Below are positions 42,013-51,089 of a stretch of 64,000 nucleotides of DNA, in pieces. The translations under genes and the position numbers were made by a program. Source of the stretch: Pseudomonas aeruginosa PAO1 (GTDB lineage Bacteria > Pseudomonadota > Gammaproteobacteria > Pseudomonadales > Pseudomonadaceae); assembly GCF_000006765.1 (NCBI RefSeq), contig NC_002516.2. One strand, given 5' to 3'. Position 1 is the stretch's first letter. Every line of letters starts with the position of its first letter. The notes under the pieces are model-generated. The model was not told where the DNA came from. It did not search any database and worked only from the letters and a program-made list of their open reading frames with translations.

Positions 42013-43524
42013 ATGACAGACCGCCTCGCCGCCTGGCTCGAAGAGCTCGACCGGCAACCCCTGCCGATCCCCGCCAGCCACTATGCCGGCCTGCACGCCG
42101 CGCTGAGCGACAGCCGTCGCTCGCTGCGCGAGATCGCCGACCAGTTGCAGGGCAGCCCGACGCTGGCGTTGTCCATCCTGCGCGAGGCCAATCGCGCCGA
42201 GAGCGCCCGCGACAACCCCGCGGAAAGCCTGGAGGTGGCCCTCAGCCGCCTCGGCCTGGGACGCGCGAGCCAACTTCTGAAGACCCTGCCGAGCATCCAG
42301 GATGCGGAGATGCCCAGGGTCCTCGGGCAGATGCTGCTGATCAGCCAGCACGCCATGCAGCAGGCCAGCGGCCTGTTCGGCGCGCGCCTGGCCAGGCTCT
42401 GGCAGGAAATCCACTGGGGCAGCCTGCTGACCATGGCTCCGGTCTGGGCGCTGGCCAACGCCCGCCCGCAGCTACTGGAGCAATGGCAGCAACGCGTGCT
42501 GGTACAGGGCGAACCGACCCTGCGAGTGGAGCGCGAACTGCTCGGCATGCGCCTGCTGCCGATCTGCCTGGCGCTGGCCGAACGCTGGCGGCTACCGCAG
42601 TGGGTCATCCAGGGCTATCGCCTGCTCGCCTGCGACCGTCGCTTGCTGGTTCGAGCCCTGCGTATCGCCCGCGACCATCAGTCGCCCCTGCTCCAGCAAC
42701 AGCAACTCGATGCCCAGCCCGATCTCGCCCGCTGGCTGACCCAGCCGGCCAACTGCACTCTCCTCGCCAATGGCCTGGCCATCGCCGCGCACCAGAGCTG
42801 GGACGGGCCGCACATGCTGCGCTGGCAGCGCCTGACCGGCCTGTACCTGGGCCAGCCGCTGACCGAAGTCCAGCAGCAGGTGCACATGCTCGCCGCGCAA
42901 AGCGCGCGCCTGCACGCCCGGCCGCCGCTGTGGCATCCGGCGGTGGCCTTGATCTGGCCCTGGCAGGCCAGCCGCTGGCGTGCCGAAGCGGCACCCCCGC
43001 CGCCGCCCTCGGCGGAAGCCCTGGCCGAGTGGCGGCAGCATTGCGCCGAGTTGCTCCGCGAGCCCAGCCCGTTCAGCAACGTGGTGCAGCTCACCGCCTG
43101 TGCCCGCGATGCGCTGCGCGCCTGCGGCCTGCAAAGGATGCTGCTGCTGGTGGCCGATCGCACCCAGGTACACGTGCTGGCGCAGCAGAGCGCCGGACTC
43201 GAACCGGGCCAGGAGAAATTGCAACTGGAGATTGCCAGCAGCCCGCTGCTGAAGAAACTGTTCCAGCAACCCGCCCTGCTGCGCATCGGCCCGAACAACC
43301 AGGACCAGTTGCTGCCGGCCCTCGGCGAACCCTTGCGCCAACTGTTCCCCGGGCCTCACCTGCTGCTGCGCTCGCTGGGCAACGGCTCGCGGGTGGTGAT
43401 GCTGGTCCTGGCCGACCTCGGCGGCCAGCCGTTCAGCGACCTGCATGCCCAGGCCTTCGCCAAGACCGCCCAGTGCACCGAGCGCGCGATCCAGCAGTTC
43501 GGCCGCCAGCGCCGCACGGAATGA
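42013..43524 (+). CDS. HDOD domain protein with C-terminal GAF-like domain
   Basis: HDOD features (PTLALSILREAN, ESLEVALSRLG, AERWRLP). C-terminal LLRSL..GSRVVMLVLAD...FS pattern. Confidence 0.7.
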   Translation: MTDRLAAWLEELDRQPLPIPASHYAGLHAALSDSRRSLREIADQLQGSPTLALSILREANRAESARDNPAESLEVALSRLGLGRASQLLKTLPSIQDAEMPRVLGQMLLISQHAMQQASGLFGARLARLWQEIHWGSLLTMAPVWALANARPQLLEQWQQRVLVQGEPTLRVERELLGMRLLPICLALAERWRLPQWVIQGYRLLACDRRLLVRALRIARDHQSPLLQQQQLDAQPDLARWLTQPANCTLLANGLAIAAHQSWDGPHMLRWQRLTGLYLGQPLTEVQQQVHMLAAQSARLHARPPLWHPAVALIWPWQASRWRAEAAPPPPPSAEALAEWRQHCAELLREPSPFSNVVQLTACARDALRACGLQRMLLLVADRTQVHVLAQQSAGLEPGQEKLQLEIASSPLLKKLFQQPALLRIGPNNQDQLLPALGEPLRQLFPGPHLLLRSLGNGSRVVMLVLADLGGQPFSDLHAQAFAKTAQCTERAIQQFGRQRRTE

Positions 43525-43598
43525 GGGACATGCCCGGCACACTGGTCGGGCGCGCTTTCCGTTAAACTGCTGCCCTTCTTCAACCCGGGGGTACTCGC

Positions 43599-44414
43599 AT
43601 GTCCGTTTTCTCCGACCTGCCATTGGTGATCGAGCCCAGCGACCTCGCGCCGCGCCTGGGCGCGCCCGAGCTGATCCTGGTCGACCTGACCAGTGCCGCC
43701 CGCTACGCCGAAGGGCATATCCCCGGCGCGCGTTTCGTCGACCCCAAACGCACCCAGTGGGGACAACCCCCGGCACCCGGCCTGCTACCGGCGAAGGCCG
43801 ACCTGGAAGCCCTGTTCGGCGAGCTGGGCCACCGCCCGGAGGCGACCTACGTGGTCTACGACGACGAAGGCGGCGGCTGGGCGGGCCGCTTCATCTGGCT
43901 GCTGGACGTGATCGGCCACCACCACTACCACTATCTCAACGGCGGCCTGCCGGCCTGGATCGCCGACGCCCAGGCGCTCGACCGCGAGGTCCCGGCGCCT
44001 GTCGGCGGCCCGCTGCCGCTGACGTTGCACGACGAGCCCAGTGCGACCCGCGAATACCTGCAAAGCCGCCTCGGCGCCGCCGACCTGGCGGTATGGGATG
44101 CGCGCAACCCCAGCGAATACGCCGGTACCAAGGTGCTCGCCGCGAAGGCCGGGCATGTGCCCGGCGCGATCAATTTCGAATGGACCGCCGGCATGGACCC
44201 GGCTCGCGCCCTGCGCATCCGCGCGGATATCGCCGAAGTCCTGGAGGACCTCGGCATCACGCCGGACAAGGAAGTGATCACCCACTGCCAGACCCACCAT
44301 CGCTCCGGCTTCACCTACCTGGTGGCCAAGGCGCTGGGCTACCCGCGGGTCAAAGGCTACGCCGGCTCCTGGTCGGAATGGGGCAACCACCCCGATACCC
44401 CTGTAGAGGTTTGA
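43599..44414 (+). CDS. rhdA: Rhodanese (thiosulfate:cyanide sulfurtransferase)
   Basis: Tandem rhodanese domains, GHIPGA, active loop HCQTHHRS, YAGSWSEW. Confidence 0.95.
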   Translation: MSVFSDLPLVIEPSDLAPRLGAPELILVDLTSAARYAEGHIPGARFVDPKRTQWGQPPAPGLLPAKADLEALFGELGHRPEATYVVYDDEGGGWAGRFIWLLDVIGHHHYHYLNGGLPAWIADAQALDREVPAPVGGPLPLTLHDEPSATREYLQSRLGAADLAVWDARNPSEYAGTKVLAAKAGHVPGAINFEWTAGMDPARALRIRADIAEVLEDLGITPDKEVITHCQTHHRSGFTYLVAKALGYPRVKGYAGSWSEWGNHPDTPVEV

Positions 44415-44417
44415 GGA

Positions 44418-45287
44418 ATGTCGTTCAAAGATCGTCTGTTCATCTGCAGCCAGTACCTGCTGCCGCACCACCTGCTGTCCCGGCTGATCGGCTTCGCCGC
44501 CGACTGCCGGGCGACCTGGTTCAAGGACCGCCTGATCGCCTGGTTCGCCCGGCGCTACCAGGTCGATATGCGCGAAGCGCAGGTCGAGGACCTGCAGGCC
44601 TTTGAACATTTCAATGCCTTCTTCACCCGCGCCCTGAAGGATGGCGCCCGCCCGCTGGCCCAGGAGCCCGGCGCGGTGCTCTGCCCGGCCGATGGCGCGA
44701 TCAGCCAGCTCGGCCCGATCGAGCACGGGCGGATCTTCCAGGCCAAAGGCCACAGCTACAGCCTGGCCGAACTGCTCGGCGGCGACGCCGAACTGGCCGC
44801 GCCCTTCATGGGCGGCGACTTCGCCACCGTCTACCTGTCCCCCCGGGACTACCACCGCGTGCACATGCCGCTGGCCGGCACCCTGCGCGAGATGGTCTAC
44901 GTTCCCGGCCGGCTGTTCTCGGTGAACCAGACCACCGCGGAAAACGTTCCCGAGCTGTTCGCCCGCAACGAGCGGGTGGTCTGCCTGTTCGACACCGAGC
45001 GCGGTCCGATGGCCGTGGTGCTGGTAGGCGCGATGATCGTAGCCTCCATCGAAACCGTCTGGGCCGGCCTGGTTACGCCGCCGAAGCGCGAACTGAAGAC
45101 CTTCCGCTACGACGAAGCCGCCCGTGCGCCGATCCGCCTGGAAAAAGGCGCCGAGCTCGGTCGCTTCAAGCTGGGCTCCACCGCCATCGTCCTGTTCGGC
45201 CCGCAGCAGGTCGCGTTCAACGACGGCCTCGGGGCAGCGAGCCCGGTGCGCATGGGCGAATGCCTGGCCCTGCCGAAACAGTCCTGA
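44418..45287 (+). CDS. psd: Phosphatidylserine decarboxylase proenzyme
   Basis: [36 protein letters not shown] cleavage motif. Confidence 0.97.
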   Translation: MSFKDRLFICSQYLLPHHLLSRLIGFAADCRATWFKDRLIAWFARRYQVDMREAQVEDLQAFEHFNAFFTRALKDGARPLAQEPGAVLCPADGAISQLGPIEHGRIFQAKGHSYSLAELLGGDAELAAPFMGGDFATVYLSPRDYHRVHMPLAGTLREMVYVPGRLFSVNQTTAENVPELFARNERVVCLFDTERGPMAVVLVGAMIVASIETVWAGLVTPPKRELKTFRYDEAARAPIRLEKGAELGRFKLGSTAIVLFGPQQVAFNDGLGAASPVRMGECLALPKQS

Positions 45288-45393
45288 CCTCGCCGGGACG
45301 GAGCGCCCCGAGCGTCTCCGTCCCATCTCTCCCCGCCGCCGGGACCTCCCGGCGGGATCGTGGCGTCCGAAGGCTGCGGGTCCATTTCGATGC

Positions 45394-45402
45394 TGCTAGA
45401 GT
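45394..45402 (+). promoter_or_regulatory. Extended -10 candidate upstream of fimW
   Basis: TGC-TAGAGT about 200 nt before the ATG. Confidence 0.35.
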
Positions 45403-45604
45403 TCGGAAAGGTCCTATCGAGCCTGTGCCGACCCCTCGGTCAGGAAAGCGGACTGCCGCACAGTTCCTGTCCTAGCCACGACGATGAACCCGCCTCCCGT
45501 GTTAAGAAAGAGGAGGCGCAGCCGCGGCGATCGGAAGTCCGGCACCTCTCCGGGGCTTCATCCCCCCGTAGAGCCTTTTCAGTAGCGGAGCCGTCTAACC
45601 CCCC

Positions 45605-47428
45605 ATGGAAAACCAGAGCCCCCACCTCTCGTTGCGCGTCCCCACTCCGACGCAGCAGAACCTGAGCTTCTGCGACGCCACCCCGAAGGACATCAAGTAC
45701 TGGCTGGCGCACCTGCCCAAGGCCAACCTCGGGGAAACCGCGCGCCAGCTCTACCAGGGCCTGATCGAACTCAACCAGTTGGTGCTGCCCGTCGAGGCCC
45801 GCCTGCAACTGCTCGAACTGTTCCGTCCAGAGGTGCATTTCGTCTGCGCCCACCTGGAACGGCACTTCCTCAACCAGGCCATCGTCCTCGACGAACGGCC
45901 GCGCAAGATCGCCAACCTCTGCCAGGCCCTGCAGAACCACCTGGCCATCGGCTACAAGCTGATCGTGGTCCAGGAAGCGCCGCGCAACAGCCGCGACCGC
46001 GCGCAGCTGTTCGCGGTCGGCATCCAGCGGGCGATCCGCAGCCTGTGCGGGCCGCTGATCCGCGCCAGCCAGTTGTACTGCCCGGTCCCCGAGGGGCTTT
46101 GGCTGGAACTCCACCAGCTCTACCAGTTGGCCAGCCAGCGCGGCGTGCATCGTCTCGCGGTGCGCGACGAACTGGCCAAGCACACCCCCGGCCTGAGCGT
46201 CGAGCAGGCCTACCTGATTCCGCTGCTGCTCGGCTGCGCGCGCTGCAACCAGATGCGCCAGAACAACATTGCACGGCTCGCCGAGGTGCTCGAACCCTGG
46301 AGCCAGCTGCTGTCGATACAGAGCGCGACGCTGCCCGGCTCGCTGTTCATCGCCGTGCCGCAGATCGACGGCCCGCCGCGCTACCGTTCGCTGTACCCGG
46401 AGACCCAACTGGCCAGTGCCCTGGGCATCGACACCCAGCCGCTGGTCGAGCTGATCCGCGAATACCTGCTGCAGCCCGAGGCCGAACGCGCGAAAGCACG
46501 CCTGCCGCTGATCGAAGGGGTGACCCTGGACCTGCTGCAACATCTCTCCTCGGCCTGGGGTGACATCGCCGAACGTACCTTCCAGCGCACCCAGGGCCAG
46601 GGCCAGTTGACCCTGTGCATCGGCATGAGCGCCCTGCACTACTTCCTCGCCGGGCGCCGCCCGTTCAACGAGGTCCTGCAGATCCAGGAAGCGCCCGAGG
46701 CGCCTCGCTTCAAGGCCGACGTCCAGGACGCCTGGGCCGGCGCCTTCGATGCACAGAAGGTCACCGACTGGCAGCCCGGCATGCCGCTGGAGGAAATCGA
46801 GTACCGCCCGCACCAGTCGCCCCGCAGTGTGCAACCCGGGCACCCGCAGGCCCACGCACAGGCTGACGCCACCGAGGACTACCCGACCTACGCCCTGCCC
46901 ATCGTCAACCACAGCCCCGGCGGCTATTGCCTGAGCTGGCCGAAGGAGGTGCCCGCCCAACTGCAGGCGGGCGAACTGGTCGGCCTGCAGGACCTTCCAG
47001 GCCAGGCGTGGAGCATCGCGGTGGTGCGCTGGATCCGCCAGGTACGCAATGGCGGCACGCAGATGGGCATCGAGATGATCGCCCCGGCGGCACAGCCCTG
47101 CGGCCTGCAACTGCTGCGCAAGACCGAGCAGAGCAGCCACTACCTGCGCGCCCTGCTGCTGCCGGCGATCGCCGCGATCTCGCGGCCGGCGACGGTGATC
47201 ACCCCGCGCCTGCCGTTCCAGGAGGGCAGCCGGGTGCAGATCAACCTGCACGGCGAGGAGCGGCGCGCGGTGCTGAATCGCCGGCAGGCCTCGACCGGCA
47301 GCTTCAGCCAGTTCGAATACCGCTCGGCGGAACCGGTGAACACCCCGAGCGATAAGCCGGTCACAGCGCCAGTGGCCCGGCCGCCTGCGGGGGAGGAAGA
47401 TTTTGACTCGCTCTGGAAGTCTCTGTAG
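45605..47428 (+). CDS. fimW: c-di-GMP receptor FimW (type IV pilus surface sensing)
   Basis: WLAHLPKANLGETARQLY N-terminus, PilZ-like NHSPGGYCL...WIRQ region, DFDSLW C-terminus, immediately upstream of fimX. Confidence 0.75.
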   Translation: MENQSPHLSLRVPTPTQQNLSFCDATPKDIKYWLAHLPKANLGETARQLYQGLIELNQLVLPVEARLQLLELFRPEVHFVCAHLERHFLNQAIVLDERPRKIANLCQALQNHLAIGYKLIVVQEAPRNSRDRAQLFAVGIQRAIRSLCGPLIRASQLYCPVPEGLWLELHQLYQLASQRGVHRLAVRDELAKHTPGLSVEQAYLIPLLLGCARCNQMRQNNIARLAEVLEPWSQLLSIQSATLPGSLFIAVPQIDGPPRYRSLYPETQLASALGIDTQPLVELIREYLLQPEAERAKARLPLIEGVTLDLLQHLSSAWGDIAERTFQRTQGQGQLTLCIGMSALHYFLAGRRPFNEVLQIQEAPEAPRFKADVQDAWAGAFDAQKVTDWQPGMPLEEIEYRPHQSPRSVQPGHPQAHAQADATEDYPTYALPIVNHSPGGYCLSWPKEVPAQLQAGELVGLQDLPGQAWSIAVVRWIRQVRNGGTQMGIEMIAPAAQPCGLQLLRKTEQSSHYLRALLLPAIAAISRPATVITPRLPFQEGSRVQINLHGEERRAVLNRRQASTGSFSQFEYRSAEPVNTPSDKPVTAPVARPPAGEEDFDSLWKSL

Positions 47429-47492
47429 ATTGCCCCGACACCTCCATTCGCCGTCTTTTCGCGCCCGCCCGGACGCGGACTGAGCCCTTTCC

Positions 47493-49568
47493 ATGGCCAT
47501 CGAAAAGAAAACCATCCGCCTGCTGATTCTGGAAGACTCGCAGAACGAAGCCGAACGCCTGGTCAGTCTGTTCCGCAATGCCGGCCACGCGACCCGCGTA
47601 CATCGACTGACCTCTCCCGAGGACCTCGCCGAAACCCTCCAGCAAAGCTGGGACCTGCTGATCGCCGCGCCGACCAGCGAGTGTCTCGAGCCCGGCGAGG
47701 CGCTCGCCACCTTGCGCCGCCAGTCGCGCGACATCCCGTTCATCCAGCTGGTGGCCGACAACAGCTCCGACGCCATCACCGACGCCTTGATGCTCGGCGC
47801 CCAGGACGCCCTGCCTCAAGGCGAGGACGAGCGCCTGGTGCTGGTCGCCAACCGCGAGCTGGCCGGCCTCGCCGAACGCCGCGCGCGCCGCGCCGCCGAA
47901 CTCGCCCTGCGCGAGGCGGAAAAACGCTGCCAGTTGCTGCTCGACAGCTCGGTCGACGCCATCACCTACGTCCACGACGGCATGCACATCTACGCCAACC
48001 GCTCCTACATGGCGCTGTTCGGCTACGAGGACGCCGAGGAACTGGAAGGCCTGCCGGTCATCGACCTGATCGCCTCCTGCGACCAGGGCGCCTTCAAGGA
48101 TTTCCTCAAGGGCTACCAGAACGACCAGCGCCAGACCGAACTGGTTTGCACCGGGGTCAAGCTCGACGGCCAGGAATTCAAGGCGCGCATCAGCCTCTCC
48201 GCCGCCACGTACGACGGCGAACCCTGCATCCAGGTGGTGATCCGCGGCGAGGTCGACAACGCCGAGCTGGAAGAAAAGCTCCGCGAAGTCAGCAGCCAGG
48301 ACCCGGTCACCGGTCTCTACAACCGCAGCCACTTCCTCGACCTGATGGATGCCGCCGTGCAGCAGGCGGTGACCGCCCGCAAGCCGTCGACCCTGGCCTA
48401 TATCCATCTCAACGGCTACCCCTCGCTCCAGGCCGACCACGGGCTTTCCGGGATCGACCTGCTGCTCGGCCAGTTGGCCGGACTGATGCGTGAACAGTTC
48501 GGCGAGGAAGCCGACCTGGCGCGTTTCGGCGATTCGATCTTCGCCGCCCTGTTCAAGGGCAAGACTCCCGAGCAGGCGCAAGCGGCGCTGCAACGACTGC
48601 TGAAGAAAGTCGAGAACCACCTTTTCGAGCTGAACGGCCGCAGCGCCCAGGCCACCCTCAGCATCGGCGTCGCCGGTCTCGACGAGAAGACCGCCAAGGC
48701 CCAGGACGTGATGAACCGTGCGCATCGCTGCGCCGATGACGCGGCACGCAAGGGCGGGTCGCAGATCAAGCAGTACAACCCGGCGGAAGAGCTTGCCGCC
48801 GCCGCCCAGCGCGGCGACGTCATCGCGATCCTCCAGCAGGCGCTGGAGACCAACAGCTTCCGCCTGCTGTTCCAGCCAGTCATCAGCCTGCGCGGCGACA
48901 GCCACGAGAACTACGAGGTGCTCCTGCGCCTGCTCAATCCGCAGGGCCAGGAAGTGCCGCCGGCGGAGTTCCTGCATGCCGCCAAGGAAGCCGGGCTGGC
49001 GGAGAAGATCGACCGCTGGGTGATCCTCAATTCGATCAAGCTGCTCGCCGAGCATCGCGCCAAGGGGCACCAGACCAAGCTGTTCGTCCACCTGTCCAGC
49101 GCGAGCCTGCAAGACCCCGGCCTGCTGCCCTGGCTCGGGGTGGCGCTGAAGGCCGCGCGCCTGCCGCCGGAGTCGCTGGTGTTCCAGATCAGCGAAGCCG
49201 ACGCCACCAGCTATCTGAAGCAGGCCAAGCAACTGACCCAGGGCCTGGCCACCCTGCATTGCCAGGCGGCGATCAGCCAGTTCGGCTGCTCGCTGAACCC
49301 GTTCAACGCGCTGAAGCACCTGACCGTGCAGTTCATCAAGATCGATGGCTCCTTCGTCCAGGACCTCAACCAGGTGGAAAACCAGGAGATCCTCAAGGGC
49401 CTGATCGCCGAACTGCACGAACAGCAGAAGCTCAGCATCGTCCCCTTCGTCGAGAGCGCCAGCGTCCTCGCCACCCTGTGGCAAGCCGGCGCCACCTACA
49501 TCCAGGGCTACTACCTGCAGGGGCCGAGCCAGGCGATGGACTACGACTTCTCCTCGGGAGACGAATGA
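47493..49568 (+). CDS. fimX: FimX (REC-PAS-degenerate GGDEF-degenerate EAL)
   Basis: REC N-terminus, PAS, DPVTGLYNR, GDSIF in place of GGDEF, EVL in place of EAL, QGYYL. Confidence 0.95.
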   Translation: MAIEKKTIRLLILEDSQNEAERLVSLFRNAGHATRVHRLTSPEDLAETLQQSWDLLIAAPTSECLEPGEALATLRRQSRDIPFIQLVADNSSDAITDALMLGAQDALPQGEDERLVLVANRELAGLAERRARRAAELALREAEKRCQLLLDSSVDAITYVHDGMHIYANRSYMALFGYEDAEELEGLPVIDLIASCDQGAFKDFLKGYQNDQRQTELVCTGVKLDGQEFKARISLSAATYDGEPCIQVVIRGEVDNAELEEKLREVSSQDPVTGLYNRSHFLDLMDAAVQQAVTARKPSTLAYIHLNGYPSLQADHGLSGIDLLLGQLAGLMREQFGEEADLARFGDSIFAALFKGKTPEQAQAALQRLLKKVENHLFELNGRSAQATLSIGVAGLDEKTAKAQDVMNRAHRCADDAARKGGSQIKQYNPAEELAAAAQRGDVIAILQQALETNSFRLLFQPVISLRGDSHENYEVLLRLLNPQGQEVPPAEFLHAAKEAGLAEKIDRWVILNSIKLLAEHRAKGHQTKLFVHLSSASLQDPGLLPWLGVALKAARLPPESLVFQISEADATSYLKQAKQLTQGLATLHCQAAISQFGCSLNPFNALKHLTVQFIKIDGSFVQDLNQVENQEILKGLIAELHEQQKLSIVPFVESASVLATLWQAGATYIQGYYLQGPSQAMDYDFSSGDE

Positions 49569-49570
49569 AG

Positions 49571-49600
49571 AACGGGCGCCCTGGGCGCCCGTTGCTTTTC
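49571..49600. terminator. Terminator-like hairpin between fimX and serB
   Basis: AACGGGCGCC-ctg-GGCGCCCGTT followed by GCTTTT. Confidence 0.65.
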
Positions 49601-49654
49601 CGCTCTACCGACCTGGTTCGTGGCTGCCGGGCCGGCAAGAGACGCCCGCCGGCC

Positions 49655-50869
49655 TCAGGCTCGTCCTTCGCGGTCGCGGTAGCCGAGCAGGTAGAGGATG
49701 CCGTCCAGGCCCAGGGTCGAGATCGCCTGCTTGGCCGACTGCTTGACCAGCGGCTTGGCGCGGAACGCCACGCCCAGGCCGGCCAGGCCGAGCATCGGCA
49801 GGTCGTTGGCGCCGTCGCCGACGGCGATGGTCTGCTCCAGGCTCAGGCCTTCCTTCGCCGCCAGTTCGCGCAGCAGGTCGGCCTTGCGCTGGGCATCGAC
49901 GATCGGCTCGACCGCCACCCCGGTGACCTTGCCGTCGACGATCTGCAACTCGTTGGCGAACACGTAGTCGATCCCCAGCTTCGCCTGCAATTGACGGGCG
50001 AAATAGGTGAAGCCGCCGGACAGGATGGCGGTCTTGTAACCCAGGCGCTTGAGTTCGGCGAACAGGGTTTCCGCACCCTCGGTCAGACGCAGCGAGGCGC
50101 CGATCTCCTCCAGCACGTCTTCCGACAGCCCCTGCAGCAGCGCCAGGCGCTCCTTGAAGCTGGCGCGGAAGTCCAGTTCACCGCGCATCGCCCGCTCGGT
50201 GATCGCGGCGACCTTCTCGCCGACGCCGGCGGCTTTGGCCAGTTCGTCGATGACTTCCGCCTCGATCAGCGTCGAATCCATGTCGAACACCGCCAGCCGG
50301 CGGTTGCGGCGGAACACGCTGTCCTGCTGGAAAGCGATGTCGACGTTCAATTCCTGGGCGACGCTGAGGAATTCCGCACGCAGCGCCGCCGGATCGGCCG
50401 GTTCGCCGCGTACCGAGAACTCGATGCAGCCCTTGCCCTGGTCGGCGGGCATGTCCAGCGGCATACGCCCGGAGAGACGGTCGATGTGGTCGATGTTCAG
50501 CGCGTACTTGGCGGTGATCGAGCTGACCCTCTGCAGTTGCTCGGCAGTCACCCGGCGGGTGAGCAGGGTCACGATGTGCCGCGCCTTGCCCTGGCCGTCG
50601 ACCCATTGCCGGTAGTCCTCTTCCGAGACCGGGGTGAAGCGCACCTGCTGGTCCAGCTTGTAGGCGGTGAACAGCACGTCCTTGAGGACCGAGGAACCGG
50701 CCTCGGTATCCGGGATTTCCACCAGGATGCCGAACGACAGGGTGTCGTGGATCACCGCCTGGCCGATGTCGAGGATGTTCACCCCGCCCTGGGCCAGTAC
50801 GCCGGTGATGGCAGCGGTGAGACCGGGGCGGTCTTCCCCGGTGATGTTGATCAGGACAATTTCGCGCAA
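49655..50869 (-). CDS. serB: Phosphoserine phosphatase with N-terminal ACT domains (TTG 50869 preferred; longest ORF starts at 50944)
   Basis: GEDRPGL ACT motif, FDMDSTLI HAD motif I, SGGF, GDGANDL. GGAG SD and TAGAAT (50899-50904) precede the TTG. Confidence 0.93.
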   Translation of the reverse strand: MREIVLINITGEDRPGLTAAITGVLAQGGVNILDIGQAVIHDTLSFGILVEIPDTEAGSSVLKDVLFTAYKLDQQVRFTPVSEEDYRQWVDGQGKARHIVTLLTRRVTAEQLQRVSSITAKYALNIDHIDRLSGRMPLDMPADQGKGCIEFSVRGEPADPAALRAEFLSVAQELNVDIAFQQDSVFRRNRRLAVFDMDSTLIEAEVIDELAKAAGVGEKVAAITERAMRGELDFRASFKERLALLQGLSEDVLEEIGASLRLTEGAETLFAELKRLGYKTAILSGGFTYFARQLQAKLGIDYVFANELQIVDGKVTGVAVEPIVDAQRKADLLRELAAKEGLSLEQTIAVGDGANDLPMLGLAGLGVAFRAKPLVKQSAKQAISTLGLDGILYLLGYRDREGRA

Positions 50870-51026
50870 GGCGTAAGCTCCGCCAGGTAAAAGACGCCAT
50901 TCTACCCGCTTTCCCGCACACCCGAGAGACGCAGAGCCGGGCATTTGCCATCACCACCGGTCGGAACCGACCGGGAAAACCCGCGAAACCGCCGCGCGGC
51001 GGCCTGGAAAGCGCGTCAACGGCCCT

Positions 51027-51054
51027 TTGCCCCTCGGGGGGCGCTGGTTATACT
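51027..51054 (+). promoter_or_regulatory. Sigma70-type promoter for the YtjB-family gene
   Basis: TTGCCC-16 nt-TATACT, 35 nt upstream of GTG 51090. Confidence 0.5.
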
Positions 51055-51089
51055 GCGCGATACCTCTATTTCAGAAGACCGAGCCCCCT

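Noticed and set aside
50945-51089. LexA box upstream of the YdjM-like hydrolase operon
   Set aside because: No CTG-N10-CAG match found, so no support for SOS control despite the E. coli ydjM precedent.
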